This document shows positions 28,384 through 37,027 of a stretch of DNA of 64,000 bases, in pieces (the stretch's first letter is position 1; every line of letters starts with the position of its first letter). Made by a program: the position numbers and the translations under genes. Source of the stretch: a virus; the IMG/VR virus record IMGVR_UViG_3300020473_000017; one strand, written 5' to 3'. A model generated the notes under the pieces. That model ran no database searches, was not told where the DNA came from, and saw nothing but the letters and a program-made list of their open reading frames with translations.

Positions 28384-28980
28384 TCACAAAATACCTGGTC
28401 CTTCGCGGAATACGTCAAATATGAGGGAGATTCTATCAAATCTACCCATATTTTCTACCTTATGCATCGCGGAAGACTGGAAAATCAACAGTTTACCCTC
28501 CGCCTGGGGTCTAGACTCATTCTTTACAGATAGCGTACAGATCTCAGCAGTAAATGGCAACTGACACCTCAGTCTCTGAGTATGACTATTAGGATCAGGG
28601 TCATAATGCCATCCTAGAGATGCATCAGGTGCTAGTTTAACCATACCTACGTACATAGTTTCACCTAACCATGTCATTGTCTTTGCTAGTTTAGGTAATA
28701 CTTCTACGTTCCTAGGGTATGGTGTACGATTAAAGAATAATGGTGCTATACTCCACTTACTATCTTCTGTTGCTAGTGGTGCAGTGAAGTATTCATCATA
28801 TTGTATTTCATGTCCTTGATTACTTTCTTCTATGGTCTTCTTCTGGTATGATGTAAAGTCTCTCCACTCCAGTCCATAATGATTGCTATCCCACTCCTTC
28901 TTTAGAGTAGGATAGACTGTATGTAATCCTTTAAGTCGTCCATTGACTTCTTCAGGATCATAAAAGTAATCACCTTTCAT
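28384..28980 (-). CDS. Aspartyl/asparaginyl beta-hydroxylase-like 2OG-Fe(II) oxygenase
   Basis: WHYD, LRCQLP, EGKLLIF...HKVEN...RISLIFDV. Confidence 0.82.
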   Translation of the reverse strand: MKGDYFYDPEEVNGRLKGLHTVYPTLKKEWDSNHYGLEWRDFTSYQKKTIEESNQGHEIQYDEYFTAPLATEDSKWSIAPLFFNRTPYPRNVEVLPKLAKTMTWLGETMYVGMVKLAPDASLGWHYDPDPNSHTQRLRCQLPFTAEICTLSVKNESRPQAEGKLLIFQSSAMHKVENMGRFDRISLIFDVFREGPGIL

Positions 28981-29131
28981 CTGCTAGTTGTGATGGTGTC
29001 TTACCCTTTGGATTAAGTGCCCATGCTGTACATATGTTATAGATCTCGTTCCCTAGTCCATTATGGGACAGTTCGATATAACATTGACGGCGACGTTCTA
29101 GTTCATCGTCTGTGGGGTGCTCTATACTCAT
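28970..29131 (-). CDS. Small hypothetical protein, 53 aa
   Basis: Hand-translated MSIEHPTDDELERRRQCY; overlaps both neighbours. Confidence 0.55.
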   Translation of the reverse strand: MSIEHPTDDELERRRQCYIELSHNGLGNEIYNICTAWALNPKGKTPSQLADER

Positions 29132-29334
29132 TTCTTTAAGAGTTGCTTACTAGTTGTACCATACTGTGAATAGAGTTTGGCATCATTGATTGCATGATCC
29201 TCGCTCCTAAACGGTCCATATGATTGTGGTACATCATTGAATGACCAGTAAACACCTTTACGCTTTGGTCGTAATTCAACCAGTATGTCCTGATTCAGCA
29301 CTGTGAATTGGACTTTCTTGAGAGACTTTGCCAT
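29128..29334 (-). CDS. Hypothetical protein
   Basis: ORF track; YGPFRSE motif. Confidence 0.65.
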   Translation of the reverse strand: MAKSLKKVQFTVLNQDILVELRPKRKGVYWSFNDVPQSYGPFRSEDHAINDAKLYSQYGTTSKQLLKK

Positions 29335-29536
29335 TGGGGATCCTTTGGGTGATTTGGTCGTAATAGTCAGGGTAGACTAAAACGTTGACTTGTTTAATGC
29401 CATGAAGTGTACCCTTATCAGGCCACTCATGTGTACAGACTACGATATAATCACTACAAACGAAATTGATGTAAGCAGTATTACTTCCATCATAGGAGAC
29501 TGGATCTCCGATCTTGAACTGATGTTTCTTAGGCAT
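29276..29536 (-). CDS. Hypothetical protein
   Basis: ORF track. Confidence 0.65.
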   Translation of the reverse strand: MPKKHQFKIGDPVSYDGSNTAYINFVCSDYIVVCTHEWPDKGTLHGIKQVNVLVYPDYYDQITQRIPNGKVSQESPIHSAESGHTG

Positions 29537-29745
29537 TAGTTACCAAAACCATTACCCTTATTTAACTCAGTTCTCTGTGCGTATAAATTACGCAACTCAC
29601 GTTTCAATCTTGCCTCCTCTTCTCCCGTGTAGATATAGGATTGTTTTAAACACTCCTTTATCATATTAATTTGTTTGGAGAGAGTGCCGATAGATTGATA
29701 CATCTGAGGTTCAGTAGGGTCTAATGGTTCTGGTCTAAGCTTCAT
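29536..29745 (-). CDS. Hypothetical protein
   Basis: ORF track. Confidence 0.65.
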   Translation of the reverse strand: MKLRPEPLDPTEPQMYQSIGTLSKQINMIKECLKQSYIYTGEEEARLKRELRNLYAQRTELNKGNGFGN

Positions 29746-29749
29746 GTCA

Positions 29750-29857
29750 TCATAAGGTGCTGGTTTCAGCGTTCTCTACGATGTCCTCCAATATTGCTAG
29801 GATATCTCTGCCATTGTTGGCTTGCTCTAGAAGGAAAACTGCGAAAGTTTCAGACAT
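29750..29857 (-). CDS. Small hypothetical protein, 35 aa
   Basis: Hand-translated MSETFAVFLLEQANNGRDILAILEDI. Confidence 0.5.
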   Translation of the reverse strand: MSETFAVFLLEQANNGRDILAILEDIVENAETSTL

Positions 29858-29881
29858 GATAATTAAAAATGAAGTTTACAA

Positions 29882-29956
29882 TGGTGCCACAAGAGAGATT
29901 TGAACTCCCGACCTTGGCTTTACAAAAGCCCTGCACTACCGCTGTGCTATTGTGGC
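29882..29956 (-). tRNA. trnT: tRNA-Thr (anticodon UGU), CCA encoded
   Basis: Acceptor stem GCCACAA/TTGTGGC, D arm GCAC/GTGC, loop TTTGTAA, T loop TTCAAAT, ACCA end. Confidence 0.95.
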
Positions 29957-30363
29957 ACGAAGTGGGGTTGTACATTACTCTAACGTCATGTCTCTGCTTC
30001 TATAGGGTCTTACATTCAATGCTATCCCATCCCCATATGCAAGGATAAATCCTGCTTTTTCGGGTTTAAGTATGGACTTTCACCATACCCATTGAATGCC
30101 CTTGTCAGAGTAGTTAGAAACCACTAGGTGAAACGAGTTTCCTATCGCCCCTAGCACTGAAACCCGCTATACTTCAAAGGGTGCTAGAGCAGTTGAGGGA
30201 AAGGGGCATCGACATAGGTTTCACCTATATGCCCAAATTTACCTACTGGGAATCGGTTACACCTGAACCCCTACTGACGACTTAAAGGACGTAATTTCCC
30301 TGCTGAACAGAGACAACCATAGATCCTTGCGTTGTTCGGGCAGTAGAACCTTTATCCCTCAAC
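29957..30363 (-). ncRNA. Candidate large structured ncRNA, possibly two RNAs, upstream of tRNA-Thr
   Basis: No ORF in the track; several 6-10 bp stems; the predicted TSS equals the first base of a 9-bp closing stem. Confidence 0.7.
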
Positions 30364-30369
30364 ATATTA

Positions 30370-30427
30370 ATTATAACAGATCAAGGTTACCATGCAATAC
30401 CCTGCGTGACACTTTCTGAACTGTCTC
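30370..30427 (-). promoter_or_regulatory. Palindromic-box promoter driving the ncRNA-tRNA transcript
   Basis: GTGACACT-N6-ACTGTCTC at 30406-30427, 30 nt, TATAAT. Confidence 0.8.
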
Positions 30428-31000
30428 TACACCCAGTAATTCACGCCACAATGGTTTACACTGCTTAATGTATGCAAAGTACTCCTCGCATGTAAATGGT
30501 GCATCAACGACCTCTAGTATGTCCTTGACACCATAGACTGTAATACCCTTGTTCTTATACTTGTTGTATAGACTGTTAGGTATTACATCTAGCATAGGAC
30601 AGAAGTATCCTGATACCTGAGCATTGAGTGCAACCACTAATTCTTGGATGCCTAGATTTGCCGCCTTGGTCTTCTGACTATCAAATGCAAGATTGTTCTT
30701 ACATTCAAGATACCATTTCTCCACTTGATCTACTTGGAAGAAATGATCTATCTGACGTTCAGCACCATTGACAGTGCACATATTACTCTCTTCTATGAGG
30801 TTGTCAGCACGTTCAGAATCTGATATGACCTTATTCCAGAATGCTTCAATTTCATTGCCATACTGGATCCATACAGATGGATGTGAGACTATATCAGCAC
30901 AGTCATGTGCCAAACAGATAAAGCTTTCAGTAAGCTTTGCCTTAATGTTCGTATAGATTGGAAGGTAGTTTGCTTCCAAGTATTCAGTGGATAATGACAT
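30371..31000 (-). CDS. Putative PD-(D/E)xK restriction-endonuclease-like nuclease
   Basis: GNEIE...RQIDHFF...YLECKNN...DSQK; start taken at MSLSTEY. Confidence 0.55.
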   Translation of the reverse strand: MSLSTEYLEANYLPIYTNIKAKLTESFICLAHDCADIVSHPSVWIQYGNEIEAFWNKVISDSERADNLIEESNMCTVNGAERQIDHFFQVDQVEKWYLECKNNLAFDSQKTKAANLGIQELVVALNAQVSGYFCPMLDVIPNSLYNKYKNKGITVYGVKDILEVVDAPFTCEEYFAYIKQCKPLWRELLGVETVQKVSRRVLHGNLDLL

Positions 31001-31166
31001 TGGAAAAATTGTAAGTAGGAATAGAGCGTATTCGTATAACATTATAACCTCTTTCTCTCTTTATTTCAACTATACTGTAATCCTCGTCCTTGTCGTAGTC
31101 CACAACACAAATACTCTCTTCAGGTTCAAACTGTTCGAGATGGTGGATTAACTGTCGTACTAGCAT
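30984..31166 (-). CDS. Hypothetical protein
   Basis: ORF track, MLVRQLIHHLEQF. Confidence 0.6.
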   Translation of the reverse strand: MLVRQLIHHLEQFEPEESICVVDYDKDEDYSIVEIKRERGYNVIRIRSIPTYNFSNVIIH

Positions 31167-31363
31167 CTTGTAGCAAGTTCAAGTACTAATTGACGATGGA
31201 TGTAGAATAGTTTACCTAGGTCAACATCCTCTAGTTCAGTCCACTCAGATACAAGATCACTTTGATCTAAATCAGGTGTACCATCAGTAAATGTAGGGCA
31301 TGAGCAGAACTCATCCTCCTCATCCAACCAGAAGTGACGACCGAAGTGCAATGAAGCAAGCAT
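31160..31363 (-). CDS. Hypothetical acidic protein
   Basis: ORF track; start placed downstream of the promoter. Confidence 0.65.
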   Translation of the reverse strand: MLASLHFGRHFWLDEEDEFCSCPTFTDGTPDLDQSDLVSEWTELEDVDLGKLFYIHRQLVLELATRC

Positions 31364-31384
31364 GTGAACTGTGTAACTATGAAT

Positions 31385-31442
31385 ATTATACTCTCTATGC
31401 AGCATTTTGCAGCATAGGCAGTGCCACTCTATGAAGTGTCAT
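31385..31442 (-). promoter_or_regulatory. Palindromic-box promoter
   Basis: GTGCCACT-N6-AGTGTCAT, 30 nt, TATAAT. Confidence 0.8.
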
Positions 31443-32237
31443 ATCATTCTCGTAATTGGTCACGTACATGTGCTTTACTGAAGCATTGGCATGGTTCTTA
31501 CCCTTGCCCCACCGTTGAGCATACTGATGAGGTTTAATCATTATATGATAGTCCTTAAGGGCATTCATATAATAATCATCCTCAGTATGAACAAACAACC
31601 ATTTGGAATTAGTATCAATCATACATTTAACTAAACGTTCATGTAAATCTTCACCACCATCACCAGTGGTATATCCTAAACGGTTGAGATAAGGTGGATC
31701 TATGAATATCCAGTCATTCTCATTAGCAATGGCAAATATATCCTCAAAAGATCCATCATTTAAAATGCAGTGCCTAAGCATTTGCATGTGCTCCCAATTT
31801 AGATTACATGAAAATTTCTTGTAATGACCAAATGGTACATTGAATTTACCATCTTTGTTGTATCTCTCCATACCAGAGAAACACAACTGCCTTACAGTAA
31901 TGTAACTGACTGCCCATTTGTATGGATCACGTTCATCACCATTAATGTAATCTCTTGATTCATAGTACTCTTTCTCTAATGCATCATGATCTAATGTTTT
32001 TAGATAGCATACGTGAGAGAATACTTCTTGGAACATAATAGGATCTTTAACCTGCCTGTACATGTTCATCAAGGCAGCATTGATATCACTTAACACTGAA
32101 GGTTTATTCAATGCAAATGATACAGCACCACCACCACAGAAGGGTTCTAAGACCCTATCAAATGTATCTGGTAGCATTTGTCTTATCAGTGGTAGTTCTT
32201 TAGTCTTACCACCTTGATATTTGACAATTGGTTTCAT
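31395..32237 (-). CDS. dam: Dam-family (D12 class) N6-adenine DNA methyltransferase
   Basis: KYQGGK, EPFCGGGAV, GKFNVPFG, IDPPY; start at MKPIVKY; specificity not provable from sequence. Confidence 0.88.
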   Translation of the reverse strand: MKPIVKYQGGKTKELPLIRQMLPDTFDRVLEPFCGGGAVSFALNKPSVLSDINAALMNMYRQVKDPIMFQEVFSHVCYLKTLDHDALEKEYYESRDYINGDERDPYKWAVSYITVRQLCFSGMERYNKDGKFNVPFGHYKKFSCNLNWEHMQMLRHCILNDGSFEDIFAIANENDWIFIDPPYLNRLGYTTGDGGEDLHERLVKCMIDTNSKWLFVHTEDDYYMNALKDYHIMIKPHQYAQRWGKGKNHANASVKHMYVTNYENDMTLHRVALPMLQNAA

Positions 32238-32386
32238 GTATTCAATACCCAGATCAATCTGATGACCATACCTGCGAACAACACATAGTATGTCCACATG
32301 ATCCACATACCCACCTTATTGTGAAGTGAACCTCGTTTGTATGGATGTACTGCTAAATGTGGGGAACTGTCCCATCCATCTTGCAT
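32234..32386 (-). CDS. Small membrane protein, 50 aa
   Basis: Hand-translated; hydrophobic C-terminus; ATGA overlap with dam. Confidence 0.55.
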   Translation of the reverse strand: MQDGWDSSPHLAVHPYKRGSLHNKVGMWIMWTYYVLFAGMVIRLIWVLNT

Positions 32387-32393
32387 GTATTCT

Positions 32394-32633
32394 TTAGGAT
32401 CTATTCTTGCCACGATGATTAGTAATGTAATTACGTGCAGACTGTTCGTTTCTACACTCCTTTATTATAGCACCATTATGGATTAAAGCCAACTTGGTCT
32501 TGCTACCCATTACAGGTACAGCATAGTATCCATCGTTAGTGGCAAATCCTTCAGTACTATTTTTATAGAACCTAGCAATAGATTCTAATTCTTTCTGTTC
32601 AGGTGTTTTGGTCGATTTTCTTGTTGTGCTCAT
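32394..32633 (-). CDS. Conserved cyanophage-type hypothetical protein
   Basis: GFATNDGYYAVP...IHNG. Confidence 0.65.
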   Translation of the reverse strand: MSTTRKSTKTPEQKELESIARFYKNSTEGFATNDGYYAVPVMGSKTKLALIHNGAIIKECRNEQSARNYITNHRGKNRS

Positions 32634-32850
32634 CCCAAGGGTGTACATAATCATGGTTTTCAATTGTGTGGATGGATAGATGAGCATCTTTGCCCCATCT
32701 ATTCATTTGACGGATCCCACCGAACCCTAGTTCTAAATCTTTATCAGTCCAACCCAGTTCCTTAACTAACTCTTCTCGTATGTAAATGTGTAGTTCACCT
32801 TCAACATACTTGTAGTCAAAGTACTGGTCAATGTTTGGATCAATTGCCAT
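32599..32850 (-). CDS. Hypothetical protein, possibly AbrB-like
   Basis: IREELVKELGW; TATAAATA upstream at 32872-32879. Confidence 0.6.
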   Translation of the reverse strand: MAIDPNIDQYFDYKYVEGELHIYIREELVKELGWTDKDLELGFGGIRQMNRWGKDAHLSIHTIENHDYVHPWDEHNKKIDQNT

Positions 32851-32874
32851 AGTTATCTGTAAGCACCTCGATAT

Positions 32875-33390
32875 TTATACCAATCCTTGTTGATAAAAAT
32901 CCTCTTCTTGTGTTGATTCAGGAACTGTCACAAGATTACCAGACACCACTATTCTATCATGCGAACATGTATGTGGGGTTACGTAATGTATGCGTTCTCC
33001 ATCAAACACATGTAGATTACCAACTTTAGGTTTAACAACTTCAGGTGGTAACCATGGATGTTTTATGTCAGGGAAGATAAGAGGAGAGCATTTACTACAG
33101 GCATCCAGATACCACACAAAAGACCAAACAGAACCGTTATGGTTATGAGCCTCTGCGTAGTCGCCTTGTCTGTAGATGCTGATCCAAAGATCTTCGACTT
33201 CCAACGTTGGGTAGATGACATTTAATTGTCCTAAGAGTTCATCGAAAATATAACATTCAGACACGTCCCAGTCGGTCAAATATGCTTTGACTGGTGCGTC
33301 CTCCCTTCGATATAAAGAGAGTTCCTTAATAATCTCTTTATAATTTATAGGTGGACGTACGTAGAACTTGTCAATCGTTAAGTTTTGCAT
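32875..33390 (-). CDS. 2OG-Fe(II) oxygenase
   Basis: HNH, WSFVWY, HYV, RIVVSGN. Confidence 0.8.
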   Translation of the reverse strand: MQNLTIDKFYVRPPINYKEIIKELSLYRREDAPVKAYLTDWDVSECYIFDELLGQLNVIYPTLEVEDLWISIYRQGDYAEAHNHNGSVWSFVWYLDACSKCSPLIFPDIKHPWLPPEVVKPKVGNLHVFDGERIHYVTPHTCSHDRIVVSGNLVTVPESTQEEDFYQQGLV

Positions 33391-33826
33391 CCTGATACTC
33401 TTTGAAGAAGACTGATTCCATCTTATATGCATCAATCTCCCATGGTTCATCCATGTACTCTGTTTCAGGGGGTACTGGTACTCCCTTCCACTTATTTACT
33501 ACCTTACTATGACGAGAAGAGAACCGTTGTACGTGAGTACCACGTAGTCTCTGCTCTACATGACGTAGTTCATGGAATAATGTGGTTAGATACTGTTCTT
33601 TGTTATCTAACCTATTCTCTATTTCAATTTCAAAATAGCGTGGGCGTGATAGTTCATCAATTGATAAACAAGTACCATCGTTACCCTGATGCCACAACCT
33701 CTTGTCTATAATATGGACAAACGTGTTGAAGCGATTGAGTTTACGATGCTTGAAGAACCACTCGACTGCAGCGCGAGCGATCCGCTTGCGATTGCGATAC
33801 CCACCAAACGTAACATAACAAGACAT
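33371..33826 (-). CDS. HExxH zinc metallopeptidase-like protein
   Basis: TLFHELRHVEQ and PWEIDAY. Confidence 0.78.
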   Translation of the reverse strand: MSCYVTFGGYRNRKRIARAAVEWFFKHRKLNRFNTFVHIIDKRLWHQGNDGTCLSIDELSRPRYFEIEIENRLDNKEQYLTTLFHELRHVEQRLRGTHVQRFSSRHSKVVNKWKGVPVPPETEYMDEPWEIDAYKMESVFFKEYQDAKLND

Positions 33827-33900
33827 GACCAATGAAGAAAGTAAATGAATGAGGAAATAAAGACTAATTTTTCAAGTCCAGACATATCTTTTGCGTTCAT
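33706..33900 (-). CDS. Small membrane protein
   Basis: EKLVFISSFIYFLHW; ATGA-coupled upstream but overlaps the next gene substantially. Confidence 0.45.
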   Translation of the reverse strand: MNAKDMSGLEKLVFISSFIYFLHWSCLVMLRLVGIAIASGSLALQSSGSSSIVNSIASTRLSIL

Positions 33901-34064
33901 GTTATACACACCTCCCATTCTGATTTGTTTACTGAGGCATCACAATGTATGCAGTTAAGTGCACTCCAACTAAAGTGGAATACCCTAGCGTGACTGTTAC
34001 ATTGTGGGCAGATAATCAACTTGCCGTTGTTACCTGCACGAGTGTATCTGTTAACCTTGGTCAT
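33897..34064 (-). CDS. Small Zn-ribbon protein, 55 aa
   Basis: Hand-translated ICPQC...FHFSWSALNCIHC; ATGA overlaps at both ends. Confidence 0.7.
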   Translation of the reverse strand: MTKVNRYTRAGNNGKLIICPQCNSHARVFHFSWSALNCIHCDASVNKSEWEVCIT

Positions 34065-34255
34065 TTGATTAACCTCCCTAACCTATCAAACTCTTTGTTA
34101 AGGACTGGCACATATAATATGCCATCATCTTTTAACATAGAGAGTGTATCCATGAACCAATTGTTATTGGCAATGTGTTCATCTAATGTTAGATTAGTGA
34201 AGTAAGTCTGTGACCAATTGGAGAAGAATGGTGAATCAGCGTAAGTTAATTTCAT
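34061..34255 (-). CDS. Hypothetical protein
   Basis: ORF track. Confidence 0.65.
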   Translation of the reverse strand: MKLTYADSPFFSNWSQTYFTNLTLDEHIANNNWFMDTLSMLKDDGILYVPVLNKEFDRLGRLIK

Positions 34256-34482
34256 TCTTGTATCTCATCTAGGCGTAGACCACGATAACCTGATGCTGGT
34301 GCATCAAGTTCATCCAAAGCTCGACCTAGTTCTTTGGTAAGGTGCTTTTCTAAATGTATATCATCAACATTATGCCTTGAGGCAATGCTACTTCCTAGGG
34401 TTGGATCTGTAGACCACATGAGATCGATAAGATACTTGATCTGCTGTGTGTCCAGTTCAACCATCGTTACTACGCTGTCCAT
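34252..34482 (-). CDS. Hypothetical protein
   Basis: ORF track; start placed downstream of the promoter at 34513-34569. Confidence 0.6.
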   Translation of the reverse strand: MDSVVTMVELDTQQIKYLIDLMWSTDPTLGSSIASRHNVDDIHLEKHLTKELGRALDELDAPASGYRGLRLDEIQE

Positions 34483-34512
34483 TTCTGGTTGCTCCGTGAT
34501 GATTACTTCCAT

Positions 34513-34569
34513 ATTATAATGGTAATTGTGCGGGAATGGTACTAATACGGTCAGTTTGCAAACTGGCAT
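34513..34569 (-). promoter_or_regulatory. Palindromic-box promoter
   Basis: CGGTCAGT-N6-ACTGGCAT, 29 nt, TATAAT. Confidence 0.65.
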
Positions 34570-35464
34570 AGTCCTCATGCAATTCGCAACCGATATATGA
34601 TCTACTTAGTTTCTTAGCAACCATAGCAGTGGTTCCTGATCCCATGAAGGGATCTAATATTATATCACTTGGTTTGCTCCCTGCCAAGATGCATGGTTCA
34701 ATGAGTTCTGGGGGGAACACTGCAAAATGCGCTCCCTTGTACGGTTTAGGTGGAATTGACCATACGGAACGCTTATTCTTCTTTGGATAAGACTTGGTGA
34801 GACCACTATGTGGCTGTAACCCCGACCCTTGATTATGATACTTCCCTTTAGATCTATCTCTTGTGCCCCAGTCTTTCGCTGGTTCCTTGATTGCTTCATT
34901 GTCATAATAATATTTTCTATTCTTTGATAATAAGAACATGTATTCATGTGCCTTAGTACATCTATCACGAACACTCTCAGGCATGGGGTTGGGCTTGTGC
35001 CAGATTATATCCTGTCTCAAGTACCATCCATCCGCACGTAGTGCAAATGCTAACATCCATGGTATACCAATTAGATCCTTTTCTTTCAATCCATCTAATT
35101 TGTTACCACGTCTAGCACATTTCTGTGGTAGATCCTGATCATTTGATGCGACAGTCTGCTTATTAAGAGCTTGTCCTTTACCTGGTCTGTAATTATAGTA
35201 ACTATCTCCTATGTTTAACCACAACGTACCATCATCAGTTAGTACATCACGTACCTTCCTGAATACTTTCACTAAGTTTTCAATATATTCTTCAGGTGTC
35301 TCCTCCTGACCAATTTGATTCTCCTCATCACCATAGTTCCTTAATCCGTAGTATGGTGGTGATGTTACGCACATCTGTGCATAATCCACAATACCAGTTG
35401 TAATCTGTGCACGTAGTGTACTCAGAGTATTTCTACAGTCACCAAATAATACTGTGTTTCTCAT
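34514..35464 (-). CDS. Beta-class N4-cytosine/N6-adenine DNA methyltransferase
   Basis: VTSPPY, DIIWHKPNPMPES, HFAVFP, LDPFMGSGTT. Confidence 0.92.
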   Translation of the reverse strand: MRNTVLFGDCRNTLSTLRAQITTGIVDYAQMCVTSPPYYGLRNYGDEENQIGQEETPEEYIENLVKVFRKVRDVLTDDGTLWLNIGDSYYNYRPGKGQALNKQTVASNDQDLPQKCARRGNKLDGLKEKDLIGIPWMLAFALRADGWYLRQDIIWHKPNPMPESVRDRCTKAHEYMFLLSKNRKYYYDNEAIKEPAKDWGTRDRSKGKYHNQGSGLQPHSGLTKSYPKKNKRSVWSIPPKPYKGAHFAVFPPELIEPCILAGSKPSDIILDPFMGSGTTAMVAKKLSRSYIGCELHEDYASLQTDRISTIPAQLPL

Positions 35465-35626
35465 TTACCAATGCCGAATGACACCACTAACAATAAAGAT
35501 ATTAGTGATAAGGTAAGTAGCAAGTATGATGCTACGGACAATAATAATTGCATTGTCGTATCGTTTTGTGGTTTCGTCATTGAATGATCCTAATGAATAC
35601 TTCCATACTCTAATCCATCTCCTCAC
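35465..35626 (-). CDS. Small membrane protein, 53 aa, GTG start
   Basis: Hand-translated WKYSLGSFND..T..YDN...SGVIRHW. Confidence 0.6.
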   Translation of the reverse strand: MRRWIRVWKYSLGSFNDETTKRYDNAIIIVRSIILATYLITNIFIVSGVIRHW

Positions 35627-35699
35627 TTCTTCTTAAATGCTCCTGCATATACTAGCAGTCCCATTGTAAGTGCTGTCCAGAAAATAATATACCACATGA

Positions 35700-36320
35700 T
35701 TAAGCAAAGTTTAGGGCAATTGTAATACGCTCCCCATCAAATGTTGAAGGTGGAACTGAGTGTTGCAAGTTAGATCTGAAGATAACAACAGCTTTCTCTT
35801 GCGGTGGTGCAATCAATACATCCTGATTTAATGGTGTTGGTTGCACTTTATTCTTAGGTGGTAGCATACTTCCCATATCAGGACGTTTAAAGTACGTACC
35901 AGCAGCACCTTTAGGTACTTTCACATAATATATTGCGGAGAATATGTTATATGGGTGCATGTGAAACTCTTGATATTTCCCACTCTGATATACATTATAC
36001 CATGATTCTGTGCATTCGTAAACATCATCCGAACCATAGTGTCTAGCGAAGTCATGTACACACTCAGTTACCTTACTAATGAGCGTAGTGAATTCCAAAT
36101 ACTCCGTAAGATCAACAACATGAAAGCAATTATCTGGTGATGACGCACCACTCAACCAACTCTCAGTGTTACCCTGCTTGAATATGCCATGCAATTCATG
36201 TATCTTCTTATCTATTGCCGCATTCTCTTTATCAGTCAATAGGTTAGTAGCAGCATATAGTCCCACTGGGAACACATGCGTTACATTATTATTAACTTGA
36301 TGCACATTTATATTATTCAT
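35700..36320 (-). CDS. 2OG-Fe(II) oxygenase (TIGR02466-like)
   Basis: SWYN, HMH, SAIYYV, FRSNLQHSV, RITIALN. Confidence 0.85.
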   Translation of the reverse strand: MNNINVHQVNNNVTHVFPVGLYAATNLLTDKENAAIDKKIHELHGIFKQGNTESWLSGASSPDNCFHVVDLTEYLEFTTLISKVTECVHDFARHYGSDDVYECTESWYNVYQSGKYQEFHMHPYNIFSAIYYVKVPKGAAGTYFKRPDMGSMLPPKNKVQPTPLNQDVLIAPPQEKAVVIFRSNLQHSVPPSTFDGERITIALNFA

Positions 36321-36576
36321 CTAAATCTTTCAAGTGTGGTTCTACCCAATGCTCCGTGTTATCAATACCAGCAGCGTTAACATACCGCATAATATGCTCA
36401 TCAACCTGATGAAATATTGGATGAAGATCCAAGTCCATGTTAATATCATGTGCTATCTCTGCAACCTGAGCTTCAGTTAAGCAATGGTCTTTATGTAAGA
36501 GATCACATGTGGGTATTCTTTTCTCAATAAGCTCATTGAGATTAATTCTAATTTCGTAGTCTCTGTATACAGGCAT
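36313..36576 (-). CDS. Conserved cyanophage-type hypothetical protein
   Basis: ORF track, MPVYRDYEIRINLNELIE. Confidence 0.7.
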   Translation of the reverse strand: MPVYRDYEIRINLNELIEKRIPTCDLLHKDHCLTEAQVAEIAHDINMDLDLHPIFHQVDEHIMRYVNAAGIDNTEHWVEPHLKDLDE

Positions 36577-36592
36577 AGTATTAAAGGGTTCT

Positions 36593-36613
36593 AAAAGGGG
36601 TCTAGGAGACCCC
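36593..36613 (-). terminator. Probable intrinsic terminator
   Basis: GGGGTCT-CCT-AGACCCC then T4 on the minus strand. Confidence 0.6.
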
Positions 36614-36622
36614 AGAAGGGGT

Positions 36623-36946
36623 CTATCTTAGATAAAGATATGATCCTGCCCAGTCTGCTCTAGTTAAGCATTGGGCATAAGATGCATCATCTAAAAGGTT
36701 GTAGCGCACATGCTTGGCGGGTTTCGCCCATGATGCTGGTTTGTACACATCACCAGTCTTTCTATCTATGAAAGCATGTACTGTTGACTGGTTATCGTCC
36801 GCAGTAATCTTGATGTACTTGCGTCCTTCTTTGATGTTGAACACGGTACCACAGGTAGGATACTTGCTGTTTACGTCCTCTTGAAGGATTTGACCAAGCT
36901 TATGCGCTCTTTCGTAAACTGTGTCAACAAATAGTGCTTTAGTCAT
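36623..36946 (-). CDS. Conserved phage hypothetical protein
   Basis: GRKYIKI, VHAFID..TGDVYKPASWAKPAKHVRYNL. Confidence 0.8.
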   Translation of the reverse strand: MTKALFVDTVYERAHKLGQILQEDVNSKYPTCGTVFNIKEGRKYIKITADDNQSTVHAFIDRKTGDVYKPASWAKPAKHVRYNLLDDASYAQCLTRADWAGSYLYLR

Positions 36947-36969
36947 TGGGTTCCTTGATTGATATACTT

Positions 36970-37027
36970 AGTATAATACACCAATCTGAGTATGGGGGAC
37001 AGAGTGTGCCACTTTATTCAGTGTCCT
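36970..37027 (-). promoter_or_regulatory. Palindromic-box promoter
   Basis: GTGCCACT-N6-AGTGTCCT, 30 nt, TATACT. Confidence 0.8.

Noticed and set aside
29957-30363. tmRNA, RNase P RNA or group I/II intron as identity of the long ncRNA
   Set aside because: No tRNA-like T arm with CCA, no GAGGAAAGUCC P4 pair, no group I P7 or group II domain V consensus seen; GGUGAAAGUCC alone is insufficient
32361-32932. Half-sites AACTGTCCC (32365) and AACTGTCAC (32923) as further promoter boxes
   Set aside because: No matching second half-site and no -10 hexamer at 30 nt
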